64,000 bases of DNA, from contig MU057560.1 of NCBI GenBank assembly GCA_013265495.1, positions 3,472,909 through 3,536,908 of the forward strand, in the 5' to 3' direction. The stretch comes from Vicugna vicugna. Lineage: Eukaryota. Shown piece by piece: positions 51,001-64,000 of this stretch; the first letter of the stretch is position 1; each line of letters begins with the position of its first letter. The position numbers were made by a program, and so were the translations under genes. A model generated the notes under the pieces. The model was not told the DNA's origin. It was given only the letters and a program-made list of their open reading frames with translations, and ran no database searches.

Positions 51001-51479
51001 CGGACGCGCAGAGAACAGAGTGCGTCTGTCCTCCTCCAAGTCTGGGCCCCCAGCACCAGGCCGCAGTCTCTCTGTTTGCTTTGGACTCACTTCAGTGGAG
51101 GGTTGTTGCGCATTTCTGACCTGCACCAAACGCTGCTTTCAGACCGTCCTGGGATGAGGAAATGCTGCGAAGCCAACTGGGGGCCAAGCCCTTCAGCAGA
51201 ACGTAGCCTGAAAGTGCACTGCCTCCTCACGGCCTCCCTCTTCCGTCTGAGTGGAACTCCAGATGTTGCATGAGCACAAAAGGCCTGTGTTGTCCTCTGG
51301 TCAAGTGGGGATGCCATCCCCCACAAGTGCAAACAGCACCTACAAAGCGCCCCCGCCCACCAGCCCCGGCAGCGAGAACGTGGGCCCCTGTGCAGTCTTC
51401 TTTGTGTAGAACCGGGCTCGCTTAAGATACAGTTGTAAATTCAAGTGCAGACCTGCACCGCCTCACCTCCAGCCTCTTC

Positions 51480-51932
51480 CTCGACAAGTGTATCTTGTGC
51501 CTTTCTTATTCAATACTTCTAAATGCCCAATTTCTTGTCAGACTCCCAGGATTAAACTCCAGGTCTGCCACTTACTCCTTCGTGAGATGTGGAGGGGGCA
51601 TCATGAAGGCTCTGAGACTGACTTTCTGTGTCAGGACACGGGACAGTCTCAGCGCACACTCCCGAGGCGAGGGGAGGCCCAGGCCCCGCCGCAAACTGAG
51701 CACCCGCCCTCCCCGCTCTGCCTGCCAGCTGTATTGTTCTCCACGGCGTTTCCCCGTCTGACACACTGCGGGTTTATTACTTGTTATTTGTTATTATTTG
51801 TTTATCACCATTCCCTTCTCACTGGAATGTAAGTTCCATGAGAACAGGGTTTTTCTCTATGCACTTCTGTATTTCTGGCCCTGAGAACACTGCTTGACAC
51901 ACGATGGGGACAAATGTTTGTTGAATGAATGT
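51480..51932. mobile_element. LINE-2 3' end
   Basis: Contains 'aatgtaagttccatgagaacaggg...aaatgtttgttgaatgaatg'. Confidence 0.85.
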
Positions 51933-52129
51933 GTGTTTCTAGCTCACTACATGTAGGACACAGCCCCTAAGGGTTAGCAGCCGTGGTGCGAGCCGTGGGA
52001 GGTCAGCAGCAGAGGTCTGCTCCCTTGTTTACAACCAGGAGCAAACAGTGTTGTTTTCACACGAAACAGTCAATGTGTATTTATAGATCAGCTTCTCCGA
52101 AGAACACTGAAGCATACTTTGCAAAATGT

Positions 52130-52540
52130 ACTCTAAGCACCAGCATCAGATCAGTTGGGGGAGCTTTAAAGCAGATTATATTCTGTGTGTGTGTGTGTAT
52201 ACATGTATCTATATACGTATGTGCAGGGGAGACCCAGGGCCCTATTGCAAACTGCACCTGCCCTACCCTGTACACACACGGAGAGCCGTATACCTGTACA
52301 CATACGTTCACCACATACACACACGTGGGCGTGGACGTGGTTTCCTCACTGAATCTGAATTCACTGCTGATAAGAACAGTATCTTGCTCTCTTTCATGGC
52401 ATTCATGGTTGACACAGGAATCACCTGGCATCTTGTTCAAGGAACAAAGAGCTCCAGGACTCCTGCAGACACCTGGGTGCAGCAGTCCTGAGCACATCCA
52501 GCAACCTGCCTTTTGAACCACCCCCCATCTGATGCTGGTG
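52130..52540. mobile_element. MER5-type hAT fragments interrupted by a TG/CA-rich tract
   Basis: Contains 'cagcatcagatcag', 'actgaatctgaa' and 'gaatcacctgg'. Confidence 0.5.
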
Positions 52541-55500
52541 GTTACACAGCACGTTCTGCAAAGTATGCTGCAATGGTCTGTGCAGAAGCCACTCTGCAAA
52601 TACTTGTTAACTGTTTTCCCTAAAAAGAAAGAAATCATTCTTTGTTCCTACTTACAAACATGGAGTCGAATGTAAATCATTTAAGCAGAGAAGTAACTCT
52701 TTGAAAGCTGTAAGGTGGTGAATTATCTCCAAGAGCCAGACTGTCAACTTTCAGGGGCTGCTCTGAAAGGTGCTTCTGCCGCGTGGCGTCTGGGAGGCTG
52801 GCTGGTGCCAGAGGTTTCTCCCCTACCCTTGCAGGTGGCCACCTGGTCTGACTGGGGCTGAAGCCACACACCTGCAGTCTGCACCTGGGACACACCAGAC
52901 AGAGGAGGGCGTTCAAGATGCCTCACAAGCGTGAGGGTGAAGTCCACGGCAAGAGCTGAAACCACGCCCAGTGAAACTCTCCTCCCTTCCCAGAGACCAT
53001 GAAGCACTGCCTAAGACTGAAATGCATCAGAATGGTCACTGCGATCACTGCTTCCTTGTCAGGGGTGCAGGCCCCATGTGCATGGTCGGAAATGCGTTAG
53101 TCCAGAGACAGCCACCAACCATAACCTTAAATGTGCCTTGGGGTGATCTCCTGAAGCGATCAGCCCAGTAAGTTATGGTAACTTCCTGCTGCCAAACTGT
53201 GGCAAGAGGTGCCTGTTTACCAGCACCGCTGAAGGAAGTGGGGCCGGACACTAAGCACCAGGGGTGGTTAGAACTTTGATAAAAACGTCAGGAGATTTTA
53301 GGAATGTATCTCAGGAGGCAGATTTCCTTTCACAGTGCAATGACATGAGTTCATCAATAACTGAGAACGGCATTAAAAATAGGCAAAGCTGAGTAGCACA
53401 GAGACTAGACAAAGCGCCTTGAGTCGGGAAGGAGAGTCACTTCAGGGTAAGGGCATCATGGTCCAGACCCACAGGCCTATGCAGCCAGTCCACGCACCGC
53501 CCCGGGTGAGACTGCAGGTTACAGGCTCAGGTTCCAGGTGAACTGGCGCTGGCACTGCGGACGCGCACACAGCAGATCAAGTCTTCTCACCTGCGCTGCC
53601 TCTAATCCACGGGGAGGTCTTTGCACCCCCCGTGATCTGGGGGAGGAGGATGACACTTCCGCTAGGACAAAGTGCTTTCTGTGACAATCGGCTACCTGAA
53701 ATAAAACTGGGAAGTAAAGCTACACCTCATTCCTGGGCCACTGGACATTGTCATGTTTCAATGCAACATTGAGTCCAAGGCAACCAGTTCACTTTGTTGA
53801 ACCCACAGAATTATATCAAGTCAATTATTAGTGGAAGTAATGAATGTGTTTCCATTTTATTATTTCAAAAGTTTTGTGGAACCATTTAAGGAGATGTTTT
53901 AGCCTCTAGTGGAGGCAATCTTGTACATTGGAGACATTCTTCAATTAAATGGTGAATGTATTTCCAGTCAGATTCTGAGTCACCGACTGCCAAGGAAAAA
54001 CACTGATCTCTGTCTGGATAAGCAAGAAATGTTCAGGAGAAAACCTTGGGCAAAATAAATGAGTTGTGTTTTATTTTTAACATATAAAAGGTTCAGAGGC
54101 AGAGAGAACAGGAGAGAGATAGGAAGAAAGAGAGACCGTTTACATAAAATGTGTAGAAACAGACTACCAGGACCTCTCCCAACCACTTAGGAGGCACGTT
54201 GAGCAGGGAGGAGAGTCCGGATTTATTCTGTATGAACACAAATTGTGTATTTCTTTTACAGAGAAAATGTATTTTCATGTTACTGGTGTTATTTAACAAA
54301 ATACAAAAAGAAATCTATCTCACACTGTGCTTTTAGATATGTGCTAGTGAAAGTTAGCCATCGACACACACAGTAAATAAAAAAACTGTTAGAAGAAGAT
54401 TCAGGAGGGAAGAAACGCACGCAAGCAGAGGGGCAGCTGGCTGTCAAAGCCCCAGACTGAGTCCGGTGGCCAGTGGAAGGCTGAACTTGAATGCTAATTA
54501 GCGCTCCGTTTGGCAAGAAGGATAAATTAAGAGAGCGGTTACTGCAGCAACAGAGGGCGTCTGAGGGTGTCGGGGCACCCCGTTATGGCAGGTGACATCC
54601 TTGCTGGTACACCTGTGGAATGACTTTACGTGGGTGATCCATTGCACTGACTCTCACCTGATAGTGCATGACCCTGGCTCAGAAGAACTGGGCCAGACAG
54701 GACCAGGGCACTTTTCACAGATCACATGAACAAGTAAACCAACAGAAAATACTAAGGTCATGTAAGACGACTCATTTTGTTGCCACCAGTTGGCACTGGG
54801 ACTTCCCAGCTAGAAAGCTCGTTCACTTCACCTGCCCTCAGTGTGGAGGGGTCCCAGCAGGGTCCCACTGGAGACCCTGGGTGAGCCTGCCCCCGCCAGC
54901 CTCCTGACACCTTAGATGCTCAGGCACCGAAGCTCCGGTTCTGGGATGTTGGGCTCATGGCCCTCGGTGGCTCTGCCCTCACCTTTTCCTCACGCTACTC
55001 CATGAGAGGCACAGCCCAGGCCACTGGTCCCTCTTCTACCCAACTGGTCCCCAAGGACACTGATGTCCACTTGTGTTATTTTTATAAAACAAGCCTACGT
55101 TTCCACGTTGTTTACACAGTTACCTTAAAAAAGTTAGCACAAGAAACTGGGAAGCTGGGGGAAGAGTCTGGAGTCCACGTCGAAAGCCTACCTTCCTGTC
55201 CTCTATCCTGGCACTTAATCAGCGGTGTGATCTTACATTGAACTTCCCTGAGTGCATTTCTACAAAGCTAAGAACGGGAGAACAGATTAGCAATTTTTAA
55301 TTTTTTAAAGCAGTAAAATTCTCTATTTTTTCTAAGTGTAATATTAAGCAGAAGCTTAATTTAAAAATGAAAGTAGGGTTGTTCTAGATTACAGGACCTA
55401 ATATCACACTTCCTGCACATCGTGGAGGTCCCTGGAGCTCTGGAAATACCCACACGTGTTCCCATGAAAGATTATATGATTGTATCAATTAGCTCAACAG

Positions 55501-56367
55501 CAAGAAAAACAAGGGGGATTTGCACACAAAGACATGGCAAGGAAAAACCCATGTTGTGTGCAAAAGGAGATGCCTCAGCTCCCGGAGACAAAAGGTAAGA
55601 GTAAGCTGTGATTGTAAGGAAATAACCCAGGTTACTATTTATAGAGCAGGGAGTCCCAGCAGCTGATGGGGTGGAGGTTGCTTCACTGTAAACTAGAGTG
55701 ACGTGTATTAGGACTGCGCATGGGTACGTGGACTGGCAGAGGCTCCACCAACAGAGGATTGTCTTTTGCATAAAACAGGCATATTTTAGGCAACACAGCA
55801 CACACACGCATGCCCGCAAGACCAGCAGAGTCCCACTGGTCTGCTCCACATGTCCCGGGCTTAGCTTTCGCCTGAATGGCTTCCACGCAGCTCTCGCTGG
55901 GAGGGTGAGAAACAAAGCGCATCTGACCAAGAGCCACCGCCTCCCTCACGCTGGGCTCCCCTTTCCAAGGAGCCGATGCAGACGCACGCCAGGCAGCTGG
56001 GTCTCCACCTGACCTTCCCACGGGCTGCTCTCCCTGCACCACGCCTGGGGCTCATGTGCAGCGCCTCCGAGGTCCCTCCTTCCTGCTCCAGTGGGGCCTG
56101 AGCGAAGCCCAGCCGAGGGAGAACACAGGCCTGGGCAGCACCCCGGCTCCCTCCCTGAGAGTCGCCCCAGACTGACTTGTCCTCCCCTGAAATCAACCCT
56201 CTGCGTGGTTCTCACCCTCGTCCTCTGGGGCCTGGGGGTGTGGAGCCTAGGGGAGCAGTAGCCCTTGTGGTTCTCCGAGAGCCTGTGCACCACCTTGTAA
56301 GTGATGCGTCGTTACATTTCCCCTCGCTGTTCTGAGGACAAGTGCGTGTGTCCGTGAGCAGCCGGGT

Positions 56368-56420
56368 CTCTCTCTCCATCTCTCTCTCTCTCTCCGTCTG
56401 TCTCTCTGTCTCTGTCTCCC
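56368..56420. repeat. (CT)n/(GTCT)n microsatellite
   Basis: Seen directly. Confidence 0.9.
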
Positions 56421-56825
56421 TCAGCCCCACCTGTGACCAGCACCCATGCCATCCCCTGTCCCTCTCACCTCGTGCTGCCCTCATCTCCAAATCCGGGACC
56501 TCAGGTAATGTGAGCCCCTCCCGGTGAGGACCAGACCCACCAACCCATTCTCTCAAGAAAGAAGAGCAGCCGCCCTGCCCACACGTCCGCTCTGCTCGGG
56601 GGAGAGGAAACGGCAGCAGCACCAGGCCGCACGGTGAGCAGCGGGCCCAGACACCTGCAGACACTGGCCCGTGGCCCTTGCGCACCGGGGCTGAGGAGGC
56701 TCTCCGTCTAAGAACAGGGAGGCGCAAAGCCCTGGGCCTGAGGCGGCCGGCGTGCGACCGAGGGGGAGCGTCCAAAGGAATGGCGTCCGAGAGCCACTGG
56801 CCAGCCCAGAGTCCCGTCCCCTGAC

Positions 56826-56844
56826 GTGTGTGTGTGTGTGTGTG
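56826..56844. repeat. (GT)n microsatellite
   Basis: Seen directly. Confidence 0.9.
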
Positions 56845-59800
56845 ATGTACACACATGCGTGTTCACCTGTGCACGCATTGCACGTGCTTGTTTTAAGCCA
56901 CCTGCGAGTTCTCTGTTACTTATTACAAAAATCATTGCTAATCATTCATCCTCAGCTTTCAGGTCGGCTGTAGCCAGTGACTGACAGGCTCTCTGGTGGT
57001 CTGAGCAGGACGTGTGAGCTATGACGCCAGGTGGGGGAGGGGAGAGTAGAAGGAAGAAAACGCTGCGGAGAGGAAGGTCTGTGACAAGCATGAGATTGAG
57101 ATGTGCGTATTGGGAAGCGTCCAGTGGGCCCAATGGAAAAGCAAACACAGAGAAGCAGTTGTGTTCGTACTGGAGGAGGGAAGAGTTGGTGATGGTGCAG
57201 AGAGCTCAGACCTCAAAGGACACGATTCAGAACCAGCCAGAGCGTTTAACCTACTGTAAATTCACGCTTCTAACCTTCATGTGTGCAAGGCTCACCTGGG
57301 GTCCTACTAAAATGCAGGCTCAGCTTCTCTGGCTGCAGGGGGTGAGGAGGGGCCGGGGAGCCAGCGGCCAGCGGCACCGCTGCACCTGGTGGCCAACGCT
57401 GGGTCATGGGAATGGTTTCAGCAGTGGAACCATCACCGGGGAGGGAGAAGGGAATCAGGGCCCGTGTGTGGCTTTTTCCTGCTTGAGTCTTGTTTACTTG
57501 ATCTGACCATTAGAGGTCAGCTTTTTGGAAAGGACAGTGTACACAAAGAGAATGTGGACACGCTGCAAAGATTTCACGGAATGTGATGAACAATGAAGAT
57601 GAGAATGACGTCAAGAAAGGTGCATCTTTCCTGAGCAGTGGTTTTACTTTCACAGATTTTCCAAACCCCTTGCCCTCACCCCGCACTCGAGTGCAGCCAA
57701 GTCCGCCTGGTGGTAACGAGGCTCGGGATGCGGAATTCCACGGCAGTAAACACAGCATTTTTGTTTATCTGCAAATATCACAATGTTCTTATGGAGCTTA
57801 GTGTAACTTAAACATTAGGATTAAAATAACTATTGTAAAAATGAAAAGAAATAATCAAAATAACTCTGAAACGTCCAAGATTGTTTGAAAAATCCATTTC
57901 TATGTAGTGACATAAATTTAAATTTACAAAAAGATGAATAGCGATTTTCCTCATGAAGTGCTTATTTGCTTTAAAAATAAATTAACCAGATTTTTTAAAG
58001 AACAAACATCCTTAGCACATTTAGGAATCAACTCAACTTAAATTTCACCCATGTTCTCAAGGATGTACATAAGTAATTGCAGGCATCTTCTCAGGGTCAG
58101 CTCTGCAAAAATACTTTCTAAGAAACAGCTAGTCATTCAGATGGAATTTCTACATATGCCAAACATTTGAAGCATCTGAATGATTGATTCCATTTTTCAC
58201 TTTTCATTTGAATGTTCTTGCCTTTTGCGGAGTAGATACTGCCATCGTATGTATCAGTTTCTCAAAACTGAGTGTGTTTTAAAAGACGGAGCAAATTAAA
58301 ATTACCAGACCCTTACATATGGGACTATCCTTCACAAACTTGCTAGTCAGAAGGGTTCAAATAACAGTCAAAAATGTAAAGAGTTCTTTTACCTCTTGTA
58401 CGTACAAATTATATCAGAAAAAAGCTGGGCCCATGAAAGCTACAACTTGGGAATTGATATAAATTTGCCTACTATTTTCTATTGCTCTGACTTCAACATG
58501 CAGACAATAAAAAAGACATTTCTTCTTATTGTGGTAAGAATGTGAAATTCATCATTAGAAACATTTTTCAAGATTGAAGTAAGAACATGATCCGGACGTA
58601 AGAAGAGCGGTCAGCATTTTTCCCTTGGAAACTTCAGCAAGAAATGCTTTTAAAATTATGTCAATCAATTCCAGGCTGTTTCAACACAGAGCTTCGTTAG
58701 GCTGGCTACACCCTCATCAAGGTCACTGTTACTGGTGGCCTTCCGTGAGGGCCCACCTGAAGAAAGTCGATGGCCAGGATTCTGAGCAGCATGAGCTGTG
58801 TGCACTGTCCGCTGCTGATGCTCAGCGACTGTTTCATGACAGAAATGCAACATAATGTTGAAATAAAGTGCCTCTTTCAAAGATGCTGTCTCCTCTCAAA
58901 CTCAAATGCTCCCACCCCCTGGGAGGAAACTGCCCTCGGCCCGAACCGTGCTGGACAAGACGTCCTTCTCATTTTGCTACGACTCATTAGAATGGGCTCA
59001 CGTGTTCCTGCTCTAATTTTGAAAGGCTGTTCCTGTAACTATGCAGTAATGGTCACAGATGAAATAAAAACAACACATTAGCGAGACTCAAACTTGCAGC
59101 TTTCCTGTAATTCTCAGTGAAGGAGAGTCTGGACACCCAGAGAAGGGGCATCCCACCAAGTAATGAACCGATGTTGAGGAGGACGAGGGAAACCAGTGAC
59201 CTTAACTCTTTAGGTCTTTAAAGCATCCGAAAAGGACCCACAATAGGGCATAACAATTACACAACCGTGGTCACTTGTTCACAGGTGGAGGGAAAAGGCA
59301 GGAATAAAATGGATGTCTCCTGAATCCCTGAGTGTACGCAACGTTGCCCCGCACACTGGCCACACGTTCTGAGTCCACAGGCCGATGGCGTGAGAGCGTC
59401 AGGTTGCAGAATATTAAGCTCTCAGGAAGCATCGACCGGGGCTTCTAAGCTGTGAGGAAACACACTGAGTTTCAGTCTGAACAGATACGGGGGAAATCAT
59501 GTGAAATGCGTCTGGTGCACGTGATCAACGTTTAAGCACCCAGCAGAGAGCCGGGGGTCACTGCGGGCTGCGTTGAGAGAGAGACGGACCCATGCGCTCA
59601 GGGAACCGGCCCAACACCGTGGTCAAGGCAAGGGTGGCACATGCAGTAATAACGCTTTGATGAAGTTGTCAGGGCCACTCATGTGACAGGTTCTAAGACC
59701 AACAACAAAAAACAAATATTGCCATGTAAGGACAGTCACCAAAAACTAGGATTCAGAAAGGACAAAAGCCTGGAGTGTGTTTGGTCAGAGGCAACCAAAT

Positions 59801-61926
59801 CATGACTGGCACGAAAAAGCAACACTGCTGCTGCTGGGTTTACCAGAGGCATCTGCGTCTGTTACCCAGGCAGCGCGGGAGCAGACCCGTCACTGCAAAG
59901 GACAGGCAGGAACCCATCCTGCAGACGGGAACTTCAGCATCAGGGTCCCTGTGGCTCGCAGGCCAACACACGGCCTCGGTGCTGGATTCCGGCAGCAGAG
60001 GACGGGCTGGTCCAGGCAGCTCCAGGTCGTGCTTCAGATGAACTAAGAAAGTACTTTAATGAAAAGTAAACTCAGGAACTCACTGCCACAAGATGTGGCA
60101 TGAACTACAGACGTGAATGTGTCCAAAGGCACCTGGGGGAACCTCTCCAACACTGACTGACATCCTCAGGGGTGACGGAGCAAAATGAGGACTTTGGCGG
60201 ACACCTGAGGTTAGCGTCCACGTGTCAGCAGGTGCCATCCCAGTGGCCCCTGGAACCCGGAGCTGGAGGGACCCGGGGCCCTTCCTGGAGGGTCATAGCT
60301 TCGTGCCCTCGGCGCAAAGCTCTGCACCCGCAGCCAGGTGGGCTGGGCCACACCCATGGCACCCGCCTGTGCACAGGCGCTCAGCACCAGGGCGGCCCAC
60401 AGATCAGCTGTGGCCGCGGGCACAGCAGAGAAAGTGGCCACGTGGGCGGCGGTGCCCTCCTTCCCACACGGAGTAGGGCAGAGTAGAATAGGACTTTCAC
60501 TTAAACTTCTGCTTTGCAGTGGTTTTTGTGTTGCCTGATTTTTCCTAAGTAGGCTGACGTTACCTCTTAAGCCAAGTAAAGAGCACCTACTCTGCACACT
60601 GCGGGTCCCCACGTCTGCAGAGACCACGTCGGCACACGCTGAGCACGAGGCCAGGACTAGCTGAATGGAGGAACGCAGGCTAAACAGCTCCAAGTTCAAG
60701 TTCACGTTTGTTCTTTTCCCTGTGTTTGTAAATGCACACACGGAGCCACGCGGCACTGGGAATGCTGCTCTCAGGATGAAACAATAAAGAAACTCTTCTC
60801 CCCAACCCTGTTACCACAACTTGGCCCCAGCTTCTTCCTTTCTTACCGGTATTCCCACTAAAGCGGCCACTTCCACCCTTTGGATTTCAGCTCAGGTGGC
60901 ACCTCTTCAGGGACGAGTTTCAGACCACCCAATGAAACGTAGGTTCCTCTCCACCTTATCAGGCCGTCTCTCTCTCTCAGCATCTCTGTATTTTTTCCTT
61001 CTGCACTTTTTATAACTTGCTGGTTTGTATTCAGTCACCTATTTGATGGCACAGGGTGGGGATAGTTCCTCCCTCCCTGGACGCCCTGCAGGTCCACTGT
61101 CTCTGTGGAAGGACAGGGTCTACCTGGAGGGAGGGGTGGGCTTGTGAACGAACTAAAAGCCTCTTCCTGTCCACCCGCCGCTGGCAAATCCCTCAGGTCC
61201 ATTCTCCACCTCCACCCCCAGCATGACCTACATCAAGTACAAATCTGAGCTGCCACCACCACACATCACAGAGCCCAGGAGAACGTTCACAGAGCTTAGA
61301 ATGGCTTCTTTTCTTTTCATGTTCTCCCTCACTCTGCTCCAGAGAGGAATTCCTCAGATTTTCCAAATACGCGATGACCTTTTAAAGTCAGACAACTTTC
61401 CCTCCTTATTCCCTATCTCCATCCATAAACTACCTGGACTCCAGCCCAACACACATGCACGCTACCCGCCTTGGTCTCACCAAGTGACATGTCCATCACC
61501 CCAACAAACACGGAGTCTCAGAAGCAGAAAATCTCCCCTCTGCACCTTGCACATCCACGGACTTATAACAGTGGCAGCTGAATGTGAGTTAAGGCTTCTC
61601 AGCATGGACTCACCCTCCCTTGGTAGAATTATAGAACTGTTTCTGTTTGATGTCAGTTAAACTTGGAGTTCCATCAGCACCAGGAATCAGCCTGTGTTTG
61701 ATGGGCACTAAGTAACCCAAATCCTGTTTGTCTAATGGACTGCATTATAAAAGTGGCAAACATTCAGAGGAAGCAGAGCTGCCATGTTCAAATATTCCTG
61801 TGATTATAAGGAAGAGTCAGGTGAGCAAAAATAGACCATCTTTATATATTCATATCCCTGGCCAACCATATATACACATCATCTTCACCTAGGAGCAAAC
61901 TGTGTGCCTCTCCAGGCTGCAACAGT

Positions 61927-62528
61927 AGCCCTCACCCCTGGCCCGAGCCCTCATCCACTGGACCGAGCCCTCATCCACTGGACCGAGCCCTCACCCACTG
62001 GCCCTAACCCTCACCCCTGGCCCGAGCCCTCACCCCTGGCCCGAGCCCTTATCCACTGGCCCGAGCCCTCACCCACTGGCCTGAGCCCTCCCCCCTGGCC
62101 CGAGCCCTCACCCGCTGGCCCTAGCCCTCACCCACTGACCCAAGCCCTCACTCCTGGCCTGAGCCCTCACCCCTGGCCTCAGCCCTCACCCGCTGGCCCT
62201 AGCCCTCACCCACTGACCCAAGCCCTCACTCCTGGCCTGAGCCCTCACCCCTGGCCTCAGCCCTCACCCGCTGGCCCTAGCCCTCACCCACTGACCCAAG
62301 CCCTCACTCCTGGCCTGAGCCCTCACCCCTGGCCTGAGCCCTCACCCGCTGGCCCAAGCCCTCACCCCTGGCCCGAGCCCTCACCCACTGGACTGAGCCC
62401 TCACCCCTGGCCTGAGCCCTCACCCGCTGGCCCAAGCCCTCACTCCTGGCCTGAGCCCTCACCCCTGGCCCGAGCCCTCACCCCTGGCCCGAGCCCTCAC
62501 CCACTGGACTGAGCCCTCACCCGCTGGT
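61927..62528. repeat. GC-rich minisatellite, 19-20 bp unit GAGCCCTCACCC(A/G)CTGGCC(C/T), about 30 copies
   Basis: Seen directly; a 78-bp four-unit block is repeated about 3 times internally. Confidence 0.97.
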
Positions 62529-63339
62529 CTTGAGTGCTAGCTGGTCATGTGGACACTTAATAATTCAGGATATTTCAGTCCACTTTCTAACTATAGATTT
62601 TCCATGCAGCTGTGAACGAGTCACAAAATTCTGTTGCCCCAGTCTATAGGATTTGAATGATGCTCTTTCATGGCATTTTATAAGATATGGTGAAATATAG
62701 AAAAAAGGCTTTGAGGCCAGTACACACTATGAAAGACAGAAATTTTTGATCAGCTTTTTAGGTTTTGTAGACACTGTACTACAAGGTTAACACATATCAT
62801 CTTGTTTTAATAGCCACAAAATTCCTGCAGTAACAGGGTCCTATCGTATACTTGCAGACATGAAGAAACGAGGTTCAGAGGGGAGTCCAGCCCGGTTCAC
62901 ACAGCTGGGGAGTGGGGACTGGACTTGGGCCCAGGCTGGTGCCCTCATGGCCCAGGTCCTTTTCCACCCACCTCGGCACGTTGCTCAGCGGAGCTTCCGC
63001 CCAACCCCGCCACCTGCCTTCTCAGGGCCAGACTCGCTGAGGCTCTGCGCTCCCACCTCCAAGCCATGCACGCACGCCCCCACCCCAGCGTGAAGGCCCC
63101 ATCATTCCAGTGCATTCAAATATCTCCTTTGCTGCAAAGGGTAGCTTCAATTGGGTACCATCTTTTATTTTTAGCAACAAATTGGTCATAACTTTACTCT
63201 GTGATCAGATACTTTCTAAAGAGATGGTCTATGTTCAAGCCACCTTGGTAATTCTACAATGCTAGTTTTCATAGAATAGACACCTGGTAAATATTTGTTT
63301 AAATTATGTTTTATGAGCATCTGTCTGAAAAAATACATA

Positions 63340-63800
63340 AAAATAGTATCTTTATTCATCTTTTCAAGAATATATACTTGGTGTGCACAACATTCCCTGT
63401 GTGATACTAAGCATTGGTAAAATAAAATAGCTCCTGGCTGTGAATGGTCCCTTAATAGGAGACAGAAGAGTCAGTCGGGCATCTCGGGTCAGTGCCCTGA
63501 CAGGAAGGAGTACGAATGCAAGGCTTCCAGAGGTGAGGGCAGGGGTTCCCAGAAGATCCGTGTCTGAGTTGAGAATAAGGATGAGTTATTCAAGGAAAGC
63601 AAGGAGTAGAAGGGAGGACAGGAAGTTGTCCTGGACAAAAAGAGCAGTTCGGGCGAAGGTCTCGGAGGCGAGGATATGTGAACAGCTCCATGTGGCTGAG
63701 GCACAGACCCTAAGACTGGGGTTGGCTTCAGGGAGGCAACACTGTGGTCCTGCCTTTCCGCCCTGAGCGTGGCCTCTGGCTGCTTAAAGGAGGGAGGCAG
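63340..63800. mobile_element. LINE-2 fragment
   Basis: Contains 'tttattcatcttttcaagaatatatacttggtgtgcac...ctgagttgagaataaggatgag'. Confidence 0.6.
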
Positions 63801-64000
63801 AGCCTCCCAGCCCAAGGCCATCCCTGGCACACGCCTCCCCCTCCAGCCGTCCTCGAGACGGGCCAGTGCCCAGCTCTCGGCCAGGGGCTGGGGATGGTTT
63901 TTTCCTGAACTGCTCAAGGGAAAAGAGAACATACCAAGCATTCGTTCTGGGAAGAGAGCCTATGCCTCATACTCACCTCGATCTGAACCACCCACTGTGA

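Noticed and set aside
50635..51273. 212-aa plus-strand ORF and similar long GC-rich ORFs (18185-18856, 21779-22387, 56212-56856)
   Set aside because: No recognisable domain; such ORFs are expected by chance in high-GC DNA.
9490..60500. Frequent CACGTG/ACACGTGT E-box palindromes
   Set aside because: They are scattered rather than clustered and are explained by the region's high CpG content.
61904..62512. 202-aa proline-rich ORF
   Set aside because: It is a translation of the minisatellite, starts at GTG, and has no gene context.
61927..62528. Possible CRISPR-like array
   Set aside because: The repeats are directly tandem with no unique spacers, and the DNA is mammalian.

Overview
Mammalian genomic DNA, probably camelid, since it has two tRNA-derived SINEs resembling camelid vic-1. 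It is GC/CpG-rich like a subtelomeric region and carries many L1, L2, MLT1-type LTR and MER20/Tigger/MER5 fragments plus a 600-bp minisatellite. I see no intact protein-coding gene, and most of the ORF track is noise. Translating splice-signal-flanked segments of the minus strand by hand shows a collinear series of about 20 decayed exons from ~48.0 kb down to ~0.45 kb, probably continuing past the left edge. They encode repeated RGS-like domains and repeated copies of the RGS22/RGSL1 N-terminal module, with many stops and frameshifts. This suggests a large spliced (unprocessed) pseudogene of an RGS22/RGSL1-family gene, with an apparently longer module architecture than either human gene. A MER20 seems to sit inside one of its exons. 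Several homeodomain/TALE-motif-dense non-coding patches may be enhancers. All homology calls are by-eye comparisons with remembered family motifs; no alignment was computed.
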